Assembly: GCA_965223505.1 (NCBI GenBank)
Contig: CBDCWP010000030.1
Location: forward strand, 128,001 to 192,000
DNA from: Planctomycetota bacterium
GTDB taxonomy: Bacteria; Planctomycetota; PLA2; JAEUHO01
Reading direction: 5' to 3'
DNA: 64,000 nt
Shown here: piece by piece, positions 18,621 to 26,170 of the stretch
How positions within the stretch are numbered: the first letter of the stretch is position 1
Layout: every line of letters starts with the position of its first letter
Notes under the pieces: model-generated
Seen by the model: the letters and a program-made list of their open reading frames with translations, nothing else
What the model was told of the DNA's origin: nothing
Database searches by the model: none
Program-made: the position numbers and the translations under genes

Positions 18621-19646
18621 CTACTCGGGAGAGGCGACGTCGCGGCCGCGCACCTTCTCCAGCAGCCGCAGGTCCTCGCAGAGATCGCGGAATGCGGCGG
18701 GTTGCAGCGCCTGCTCCGCATCGGAGAGCGCCTGCTTCGGACGCGAGTGCACCTCCATGATCAGACCGTCGGCGCCGGCGGCGCAGGCGGCCTTGGCCAG
18801 GGACGGCACGTAGGCCGCGTTCCCGGTGGCGTGGCTCGGGTCGATGATGATCGGCAGGTGCGAGCGCTCGCGGATGACGGGAATGGCCGCCAGGTCGAGC
18901 AGATTGCGGGTCGCGGGGTCGAACCCGCGCACGCCGCGCTCGCAGAGAACGACGTTCGGGTCGCCCTGCGCCAGGATGTACTCCGCGGCGTTGAGCCAAT
19001 CGGCGATGGTGGCGGAGCGGCCGCGCTTGAGCAGCACGGGGTGCCCGCTGCGTCCGACCTCGACCAGCAGGTCGAAGTTGCTCATGTTGCGGGTGCCGAT
19101 TTGGAGCATGTCGAGATTGGTGACGCAGGCCTCGATGTGGCGGGGATCGCAGATCTCGCTCACGGTCGGCAGGCCGGTCTCCAGGCTGATGTCGCGCAGC
19201 ATGCGCAGGCCGTCGAGCCCCAGGCCGCGGAACGCGTACGGGCTGGTGCGCGGCTTGTAGGCGCCGCCGCGCAGCATGTCCGCGCCGGCCGACTTGACGG
19301 CCTGGGCGATCTCGCGGAGCAGGGCCTCTTCCTCGACGGCGCACGGCCCGGCGATGACGGCGAGCGCGCCGCCGCCAAAGCGCACGTCGCCGACTTTGAC
19401 GACGGTGGGCTCCCTTTGGTGTTCGAGGCTGGAGAGGGTGTAGGGCTTGGTGAGGTGAACGAAGTTGCGAACGGCCGCGAACATGGCGAGGGGAATGCGG
19501 CGGAGGCGATCGAGATCGCCTTCGATGGTGAGGACGTCGCCCTTGGGTGTGGCGGCCTCGGTCGCGGTGCATCCGGCGTCCTGGATGACGCCAAGCAGCT
19601 CCGCGCGCTGCTCCGGTGTGCTTCCGGGTTGGATGAGGATCAGCAT
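18621..19646 (-). CDS. aroF: DAHP synthase class I-beta with N-terminal ferredoxin-like regulatory domain
   Basis: IAGPCAVE, LRGGAYKPRTSPY.FRGLG, QIGTRNM, LKRG, LCERG, DPSHATG. Confidence 0.93.
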   Translation of the reverse strand: MLILIQPGSTPEQRAELLGVIQDAGCTATEAATPKGDVLTIEGDLDRLRRIPLAMFAAVRNFVHLTKPYTLSSLEHQREPTVVKVGDVRFGGGALAVIAGPCAVEEEALLREIAQAVKSAGADMLRGGAYKPRTSPYAFRGLGLDGLRMLRDISLETGLPTVSEICDPRHIEACVTNLDMLQIGTRNMSNFDLLVEVGRSGHPVLLKRGRSATIADWLNAAEYILAQGDPNVVLCERGVRGFDPATRNLLDLAAIPVIRERSHLPIIIDPSHATGNAAYVPSLAKAACAAGADGLIMEVHSRPKQALSDAEQALQPAAFRDLCEDLRLLEKVRGRDVASPE

Positions 19647-19720
19647 GGGAGGAAGAGTCTATGCTTGATCCCGGGAAGGCGAGGGAATCCCTGGACGACG
19701 CCCCAACCCATCCCGAACGG

Positions 19721-19802
19721 ACCCGTGCCCGTTGCCTGGCCCCGGCGCCCGTCCCCGATCCCGATCCCGACTGCCCGTCCCGGTCCCCCACCCGATCCCG
19801 AC
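19721..19802 (+). repeat. Degenerate C-rich hexamer repeat (CCCGAT/CCCGTG/CCCGAC) in the divergent aroF-tpiA spacer
   Basis: cccgtg cccgtt ... cccgtc cccgat cccgat cccgac ... cccgat cccgac. Confidence 0.6.
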
Positions 19803-19881
19803 GAAGCGCCCTCTCCGTTTCGAGGGCGGCCACGCGGGCCGCCCCTACATCCGAGCCCCCATCGGGTTTAGGGTTTCGCCC

Positions 19882-20652
19882 ATGAGCGCTCGCAGAACGA
19901 TGGTTGCCGGCAACTGGAAGATGAACGGGTCCCGCGACGAGGCCGTCGCGTGGGCCCGGGCCGCAGTCGAGCACGCCGCGGCGACCGAGAACGAGATTGC
20001 CCTGTTCCCCCCCTACCCGTGGCTCGACGCGGTGGCCGCGATCACCGGCGACGCCGTCAGTCTCGGCGCCCAGGCCTGCCACCCCGAGGCCTCCGGCGCC
20101 TTCACCGGCGCGATCTCGGCGGCCATGGTGGTCGAGACCGGCTGCCGCTACGTGCTGTGTGGCCACAGCGAACGCCGGCACGTCTTCGGCGAGACCGACG
20201 CGTTCGTCGCCGCGAGCCTCGCTCGAGCGCTGTCCGCAGGGCTCGAGCCGGTGCTGTGCGTCGGCGAGACCCGTGAGGAGCGCGACGCCGGCCGGACCGA
20301 AGCCGTGCTCGAACGCCAGCTGTCGGCCGGCCTGGACGCCCTGAGCAGGCCGTCCGCTCCGCTGGTCATCGCGTACGAGCCCGTCTGGGCCATCGGCACG
20401 GGCACGCCCGCCACGCCCAAGGAAGCGGACGAGGCGCATACCTGGATCCGCGCGCGCGTGGCGCAGGACGACCCGGAGCGGGCCGCTTCGGTCCGAATCC
20501 TCTACGGCGGCAGCGTGAACGCCGACAACATAGAGAGCTTCCTCGCGGTTCCGGACGTCGACGGCGCGCTCGTAGGGGGTGCGGCGCTCGACCCGGTCGG
20601 CTTCGGGCGGATTGCCCGCGCCACGCCCCGGGGCGCGAGTCAGGATGCTTGA
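19882..20652 (+). CDS. tpiA: Triosephosphate isomerase
   Basis: VAGNWKMN, GAFTG, GHSERR, AYEPVWAIGTG, YGGSV, DGALVGGA. Confidence 0.96.
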   Translation: MSARRTMVAGNWKMNGSRDEAVAWARAAVEHAAATENEIALFPPYPWLDAVAAITGDAVSLGAQACHPEASGAFTGAISAAMVVETGCRYVLCGHSERRHVFGETDAFVAASLARALSAGLEPVLCVGETREERDAGRTEAVLERQLSAGLDALSRPSAPLVIAYEPVWAIGTGTPATPKEADEAHTWIRARVAQDDPERAASVRILYGGSVNADNIESFLAVPDVDGALVGGAALDPVGFGRIARATPRGASQDA

Positions 20653-20688
20653 GCGGTCCCGCCGGGGGCCGGACTCGAGGAGGTTGGT

Positions 20689-21276
20689 GTGTTGATTCCG
20701 GATCTCTCCATCGGCGCGGTCATCGACATCGTGCGCGGTCTCGTCATGGCGCTCTTCGTCATTTCCGCGCTGCTGCTGATGCTGGTCATCCTCCTACAGG
20801 AGGGCAAGGGCGGCGGCCTGGCCGGCGCGTTCGGCGGCGCGGGCGCCGAGACGTTCGGCGTGAAGGCCGGCACGGTCAACAAGTTCACGGCGTACCTGGG
20901 CGCGGCCTTCCTGGGCCTGGCGCTCCTGCATGCCGGCCTGGCTTCCGCCAGCAACCCGATGCTCGGTGAGGACGAGGACGTCCTCGAAGAGGGCGACACC
21001 GTCGAGGATCCGGACACCGGCGATACGGGCGACGCGACCGGCGGCTCGGAAGACGGTGCGGGCGACGGCGCCGGTGCGGGCGGCGACCCCAAGGACGGGG
21101 GCGGCGCCGGCGACGCGAAGGACGACGCGGGCAGTGACCCGAAGGACGCCGATGACGAGCCGAAGAAGGACGACGCCGGTGACGAGCCGAAGAAGGACGA
21201 CGCCGGCGACGATCCGAAGAAGGACGACGCCGGCGACGATCCGAAGAAGGACGAGCCGGGCGGCGACGACAAGTAG
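20689..21276 (+). CDS. secG: Preprotein translocase SecG with long acidic C-terminal tail
   Basis: LVILLQEGKGGGLAGAFGG...FG, two TM helices, tpiA-secG synteny. Confidence 0.9.
   Translation: MLIPDLSIGAVIDIVRGLVMALFVISALLLMLVILLQEGKGGGLAGAFGGAGAETFGVKAGTVNKFTAYLGAAFLGLALLHAGLASASNPMLGEDEDVLEEGDTVEDPDTGDTGDATGGSEDGAGDGAGAGGDPKDGGGAGDAKDDAGSDPKDADDEPKKDDAGDEPKKDDAGDDPKKDDAGDDPKKDEPGGDDK
21154..21261 (+). repeat. Four 27-bp tandem repeats encoding D(E/D)PKKDDAG in the SecG tail
   Basis: gacga(g/t)ccgaagaaggacgacgccgg(t/c) units at 21154, 21181, 21208 and 21235 (last one degenerate). Confidence 0.9.
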
Positions 21277-21279
21277 CTC

Positions 21280-22167
21280 GTGACGAACGCCGTTCGCTCG
21301 ATGACCGGCTCGGGCGCCTTCGTCGTGGAGACGGAGATCGGCCGGATCGAGGTCGAGGCGCGCTCCGTCAACCATCGCTTCCTGAAGAGCACGACGCGCG
21401 GGCACGGTCCGCTGCCGCAGCTCGACGCGCGCGTCGACGCGAGAGTGAAGAAGTTCGTGAAGCGCGGCCACGTCAGCGTGCACGTGCGTTTCCAGCCCGC
21501 GGCCTCGGCCGGAGAGAGCCGCATCGACGAAGCGGCCTTCAACGAGACCGTCGCGCATCTCAAGGGGCTGGCGTCGGAGAACGAGCTCCCCCTGCCCACG
21601 ATCGGCGACATCCTGGCGACCCCGGGCGTTCTGAGTGACGTGCGCGCTTCCCTCGACACGGAGAAGGTCGAGCTTTCGGTCGACGCGGCCCTCGAAGGTG
21701 CGCTGGCCGCGCTGACAACCGCGCGCGAGCGCGAGGGCGCGTCGATGCGCACCGAGCTCGAGCGCTTGCTCGAGGTCGTCAGCGAGCTCGTCGCGAAGAT
21801 CGAAGAGCGAGCGGGCGAGGTGCCGGCGGCGGCGAAGGAACGCCTGAACACGCGGCTCGAGGAGCTGCTCGAAGGCACCGGAGCGTCCGTCGACCCGGCG
21901 CAGCTCGCGCGCGAGTGCGCGTTGCTGGCGGACCGCGCCGACGTGCGCGAGGAGATCGCCCGCATGCACGCGCACGTGGAGCACGCCGGCGAGATGTTGG
22001 CGAAGGGCGGGCCGGTCGGACGCCGTCTGGACTTCCTCGTACAGGAGATGCACCGCGAGACGAACACGATCGGCAGCAAGGCCAACGATCTCTCGCTGAC
22101 GCGGTTCGTGATGGACCTCAAGTCGAACGTCGAGCGCATGCGCGAGCAGGTGCAGAACCTCGAATGA
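21280..22167 (+). CDS. yicC: YicC/YloC family endoribonuclease
   Basis: RSMTG, RSVNHRFL, DVREEIAR, GRRLDFLVQEMHRETNTIGSK, REQVQNLE. Confidence 0.93.
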   Translation: MTNAVRSMTGSGAFVVETEIGRIEVEARSVNHRFLKSTTRGHGPLPQLDARVDARVKKFVKRGHVSVHVRFQPAASAGESRIDEAAFNETVAHLKGLASENELPLPTIGDILATPGVLSDVRASLDTEKVELSVDAALEGALAALTTAREREGASMRTELERLLEVVSELVAKIEERAGEVPAAAKERLNTRLEELLEGTGASVDPAQLARECALLADRADVREEIARMHAHVEHAGEMLAKGGPVGRRLDFLVQEMHRETNTIGSKANDLSLTRFVMDLKSNVERMREQVQNLE

Positions 22168-22748
22168 CGCCCGCACCCGAAACACCCGGCGTGGACGAGG
22201 CGCGACTGATCGTCATCTCGGGTCCGAGCGGCGCCGGCAAGACCAGCGTGGCCCAGCGCCTCCTGGTAGACCCGCGCTTCGCCCGCGCCCTGACCGCGAC
22301 GACGCGCGCGCCGCGTGGCGACGAGCGCGACGGCGTGGACTACCACTTCCTGCAGGAGAAGGACTTCCGCGACGGCATCGCGCGGGGGGACTTCCTCGAG
22401 TACGCCGTCGTCTACAACGGCAACCTCTACGGCACGCCGCGCAAGAACGTGATGTCGATTCTCTCGTCCGGCCGGCACTGCTTGCTCGTGATCGACGTGC
22501 AGGGCGTCGGCACGCTGCGCTCGATGAACGTGGACGGGCTGTTCGTGTTCGTGAAGCCGCCGAACATGGCCGAGCTGGAGCGGCGCCTGCGGGGCCGGGG
22601 CCAGGACGACGAGGAGGCCATCGCCGCCCGGTTGGCCGCCGCCGCGGACGAGATGCGCGAGGAACGGCACTTCGACGTCGCGATCGTCAACGACGAGGTC
22701 GAGGCGGCCGCCAGGCGGCTGGCCGCGCAGGTCGGCATCGACCTTTGA
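22164..22748 (+). CDS. gmk: Guanylate kinase
   Basis: ISGPSGAGKT, TTRAPR.DERDGVDYHF, YGT, IDVQG; ATGA overlap with yicC. Confidence 0.95.
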   Translation: MTPAPETPGVDEARLIVISGPSGAGKTSVAQRLLVDPRFARALTATTRAPRGDERDGVDYHFLQEKDFRDGIARGDFLEYAVVYNGNLYGTPRKNVMSILSSGRHCLLVIDVQGVGTLRSMNVDGLFVFVKPPNMAELERRLRGRGQDDEEAIAARLAAAADEMREERHFDVAIVNDEVEAAARRLAAQVGIDL

Positions 22749-22841
22749 GGCCCGCCTATCCGTGAATTTCGAGGCGCTCGGGGCCCCCTGCGTAAACATG
22801 GTGCGTTCTGCCCGATCTTGGGCCGCTGCAGAGGAGACGAC

Positions 22842-23048
22842 ATGGAGGAGAAGATCCGCATTCTCGACGAGCTCGAGTCGAAGGTCGGCGGACGCTTCAA
22901 GCTGACCGCGCTGCTCCAGAAGCGGATCCGCGAGCTGGTGGCTGGCGCCCCGCGGCTCATCGAGTCGACCTCCGACGATCCCCTCGACATCGCGATCGAG
23001 GAGATTCGCGCGAACAAGATCGAGCTGGTCCCGGAGGACGCCGAGTAG
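22842..23048 (+). CDS. rpoZ: RNA polymerase omega subunit
   Basis: KVGGRFKLTALLQKR..EL..GA...IAIEEI...KI; gmk-rpoZ-coa synteny; GAGGAG RBS. Confidence 0.88.
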   Translation: MEEKIRILDELESKVGGRFKLTALLQKRIRELVAGAPRLIESTSDDPLDIAIEEIRANKIELVPEDAE

Positions 23049-23060
23049 CGCCGGCACCGA

Positions 23061-23594
23061 ATGGCGCGCATCGTCGTCTGCGTCGGAGGAAGCATCGCGG
23101 CCTACAAGGCCTGCGACCTCGTTTCCAAGCTCGTGCAGGACGGCCATACGGTGGACGTCGTCATGACGCGCGAGGCCGGCTGGTTCGTTCGTCCGCTCGC
23201 CTTCTCCGCGCTCACACACCGCCAGGTCTTCACGGACGAGACGTGGGGTGAGGGCGACGCCCCGGCGGCGCACCTGACCGCGACGAACGACGCCGACCTG
23301 GTCGTGGTCGCGCCGTGCACCGCGAACCTGATCGGCAAGTTCGCGCACGGCATCGCCGACGACATCGTCACGTCGACGTATCTGGGCGTGGAGTGTCCCG
23401 TGCTGATCGCGCCCGCCATGAACGCCCGCATGTGGCGGCACAAACGCGTGCAGGCCAACGTCGAGACGTTGAAGGGCGACGGCGTCACCCTCGTCGGGCC
23501 CGACGAGGGCTACCTCGCGGAGGCCGAAGTGGGACCGGGCCGCATGGCGGAGCCCGGAGCCATCCGCGAAGCGATCGCGGCGCTGTCGGCGTAG
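23061..23594 (+). CDS. coaC: Stand-alone phosphopantothenoylcysteine decarboxylase (flavoprotein domain only)
   Basis: GSIAAYKA, H.....AD..VVAPCTAN.IGK.A.GIADD, PAMN, GPGRMAEP; no CoaB domain. Confidence 0.88.
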   Translation: MARIVVCVGGSIAAYKACDLVSKLVQDGHTVDVVMTREAGWFVRPLAFSALTHRQVFTDETWGEGDAPAAHLTATNDADLVVVAPCTANLIGKFAHGIADDIVTSTYLGVECPVLIAPAMNARMWRHKRVQANVETLKGDGVTLVGPDEGYLAEAEVGPGRMAEPGAIREAIAALSA

Positions 23595-23640
23595 CAGGAA
23601 GCCGAACGGCGCTCGTGCGTTCGGCCTACACTCCTGAACG

Positions 23641-25188
23641 ATGCGAATCGGCGCCCTCGCCATCTTTTGCGGTGCGATCACACTCGGGCTCGCGCTGCAG
23701 TCGTGCGGGGACTCGGAGCCCGAAGGGCTGACCGACACCGCGCAGACGGCGCGCGAGGCAGCAAGCCGCTTTCCGGCGACGACGGGCAGCCGCATCCCCG
23801 CCGCGTTCGCGACCCAGCCGGGCACCCCTTGGGGCGACTACGTCGGGAGCGACGCGTGCAAGCAGTGTCACGAGGACGAGTATGCCAAGTGGCGCAGGTC
23901 GTTCCACAGCCGCACGCTCTTCGACGCGCTGCCGGAAACGGTCTTCGGCGCCTTCGACGGCAAGCAGCTCAAGGCCGGCAAGGGCGACAAGAAGTTCTTT
24001 TCCATCCGGCCGTACACGGAGACGGACGAACGCGGTCGTACACGCTTCTTCATGGAGATCCGCTGGCTCACGAAGTCGGAGGGCGGCGCCGGCAACATGT
24101 GGTTCGCGGAGACCTACGGGGCGCAGGAGCTGCCGGATCTCGCGCCTCGGCGGTTCGAGGTCGTCTACGCGTTCGGCAATCGCAATCACCAGCCGTACGT
24201 CGGTCGCTGGCCCGACGGCAAGCACTGGGTGATGCCGGTCATCTGGAACGACCTCGAGAAGGAGTGGAGCTTCGACGCGTTTCGGCCGTACGTGCGCGCT
24301 TGCGCGAATTGTCATACGACGGGCATCAAGAACTCGGAGACGCCCTACTACGAAGGACAGCCGCCGATCCCCCAGACCGAGCCGGCGCACTACAACCTGT
24401 CGCCGTCCGAAGAGGGCTGGGCCGAGGGCGCCGTCGGGTGCGAGAACTGTCACGGCCCCGGACGCAAGCACGTCGAGGCCGTGGAGCGCGAGGGCGTCGA
24501 GCGCTATCGGAAGCTGCGCGAGACCGACGCGAAGGGGCCGACGATCTGGGACGGTCTGACCGCGCGCAGTCCCGCGCACGTCGCGGACGCCTGCGGCCGG
24601 TGCCACAACTTCCACACCGAGAGCTCGTGCACGTGGCAGCCGACGCCCGACGGCTACGAACGCGATCCGAAGCGATGGCCGATGCACGAGCGGGCGGGGA
24701 ATCGCCACCCGTTGCTCTTCTACCGCGACGGGACGGTGCGAAGCCCCTGCGTCGTGGTGGAGGTGTTCCGACGCACGAAGATGCACGCCGAAGGCGTGAC
24801 GTGCTTCGACTGTCACGACCCGCACGGATCGAAACACTGGCCGAGCCTCACGATGCCGTCGCGCAACAACGAGCTGTGCGTCTCGTGCCACGAGGCGTTC
24901 GCGTCCATCGACGCGCAGACGGCGCATTCGCGCCACGCCGCCGGATCCTCGGGTAATCGCTGCGTCGACTGCCACATGCCTCGGATCCTCTCGTTCGCGG
25001 ACGGCGTGCACACGATGACGCGCGAGATTCCCGAACATTCGTTCTCGATTCCCACGGCCGACCGCAGACCCGGCGGACCGCCGTCCGCGTGCAACGTGTG
25101 CCACCACGATCGCGATCAAGCGTGGACGCGCCGGATGCTCCAAGAAATGTGGCCGCCCGACGAGACGGGGGACAACGAGGAGAAATAG
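23641..25188 (+). CDS. Octaheme c-type cytochrome lipoprotein (c554/c552-like)
   Basis: Lipobox-like LQSC; YVGSDACKQCH plus CANCH, CENCH, CGRCH, CFDCH, CVSCH, CVDCH, CNVCH. Confidence 0.85.
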   Translation: MRIGALAIFCGAITLGLALQSCGDSEPEGLTDTAQTAREAASRFPATTGSRIPAAFATQPGTPWGDYVGSDACKQCHEDEYAKWRRSFHSRTLFDALPETVFGAFDGKQLKAGKGDKKFFSIRPYTETDERGRTRFFMEIRWLTKSEGGAGNMWFAETYGAQELPDLAPRRFEVVYAFGNRNHQPYVGRWPDGKHWVMPVIWNDLEKEWSFDAFRPYVRACANCHTTGIKNSETPYYEGQPPIPQTEPAHYNLSPSEEGWAEGAVGCENCHGPGRKHVEAVEREGVERYRKLRETDAKGPTIWDGLTARSPAHVADACGRCHNFHTESSCTWQPTPDGYERDPKRWPMHERAGNRHPLLFYRDGTVRSPCVVVEVFRRTKMHAEGVTCFDCHDPHGSKHWPSLTMPSRNNELCVSCHEAFASIDAQTAHSRHAAGSSGNRCVDCHMPRILSFADGVHTMTREIPEHSFSIPTADRRPGGPPSACNVCHHDRDQAWTRRMLQEMWPPDETGDNEEK

Positions 25189-25243
25189 ACCCGCTCGCCG
25201 GATCGTGATGCCGCGGTGACGGGGCACCCAGACCATCCCGCGC

Positions 25244-26038
25244 GTGCGGTGGAGACTCCCGGTTGCGCTGGCGGTCCTGGTGCTGTGCGCGGGCTGCGCG
25301 AACCGGCAGCCCAAGTTCGGCGAAGAGGCGACGCTCTTCCCCAAGCCCTATCGGCTCGAGCGCGCGCTGAAGAGCGCGGCCTGCGACCCGCACGTCTGGG
25401 CGCCGACGGCCGGCGCGCTCGTCTTCGGACTCACCGGGTGGGACGACGACGTGTCCGACTGGGCCGTGCGCGAGACGCCGATCTTCGGCTCGCCGAAGGA
25501 CGCGCAGTCGATCGGCGGGGACATTCTCGACGTGACGACGTACGCCGTGCCCGTCACGGCCGTCGCGGCGAACAGCGGCACGCGACCCGGCGAGGTCGCG
25601 TGGAACAAGACGAAGGCGCTCGCGTTCCAGGCCGCCGCGTGGCAGATCAACAAGGAGATCTCCGACGAGCTGAAGACCCGTGTGAAGCGCGAGCGCCCGA
25701 GCCGCGCGAATCGCCGCAGCTTCCCCTCCGACCGCGCGTCGCGCACGTCCGTCGCGGCGGCGATGTCGCGCCGCAACCTCGACTTCGTGCGCATGGACCC
25801 GCGCTGGCGGCCCTGGGCCAAGGGCACGCTGACCGCGGCGGAGCTCGCGGTGGCCTGGTCGCGCATCGAGGCGGGCGCGCACTATCCGTCCGACGTCCTG
25901 GCCGGCATGGCCATCGGCAACTTCATCGGCGTGTTCGTCACGGACGCATTCGTGGGCCGGCCCGGCGACGCCTTCGTGCACGTCGGTCCGACGCAGGACG
26001 GTGACGGGATCCAGGCGGGCGTCAGCTTCGACCACTAG
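25244..26038 (+). CDS. PAP2-family phosphatase, lipoprotein-like
   Basis: K...RERP, SFPS(DR), SRIEAGAHYPSDVLAG; the C2 His appears replaced. Confidence 0.78.
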   Translation: MRWRLPVALAVLVLCAGCANRQPKFGEEATLFPKPYRLERALKSAACDPHVWAPTAGALVFGLTGWDDDVSDWAVRETPIFGSPKDAQSIGGDILDVTTYAVPVTAVAANSGTRPGEVAWNKTKALAFQAAAWQINKEISDELKTRVKRERPSRANRRSFPSDRASRTSVAAAMSRRNLDFVRMDPRWRPWAKGTLTAAELAVAWSRIEAGAHYPSDVLAGMAIGNFIGVFVTDAFVGRPGDAFVHVGPTQDGDGIQAGVSFDH

Positions 26039-26170
26039 GCAGACTGCTGCTGCTGCGCCCGTTGCGAGCGAGCTCCGAGCTCGGACCGCGCGCAGCACGC
26101 CTGGCATCAGCGAACAACAGCCTTCGGGCTCGGCGTCAATGCACGGGGCAAACGGCCCGATCCAGGGGGC

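Noticed and set aside
21154..21261. Direct repeats considered as a CRISPR array
   Set aside because: They are contiguous 27-bp in-frame units without spacers, inside secG, and no cas genes are present.
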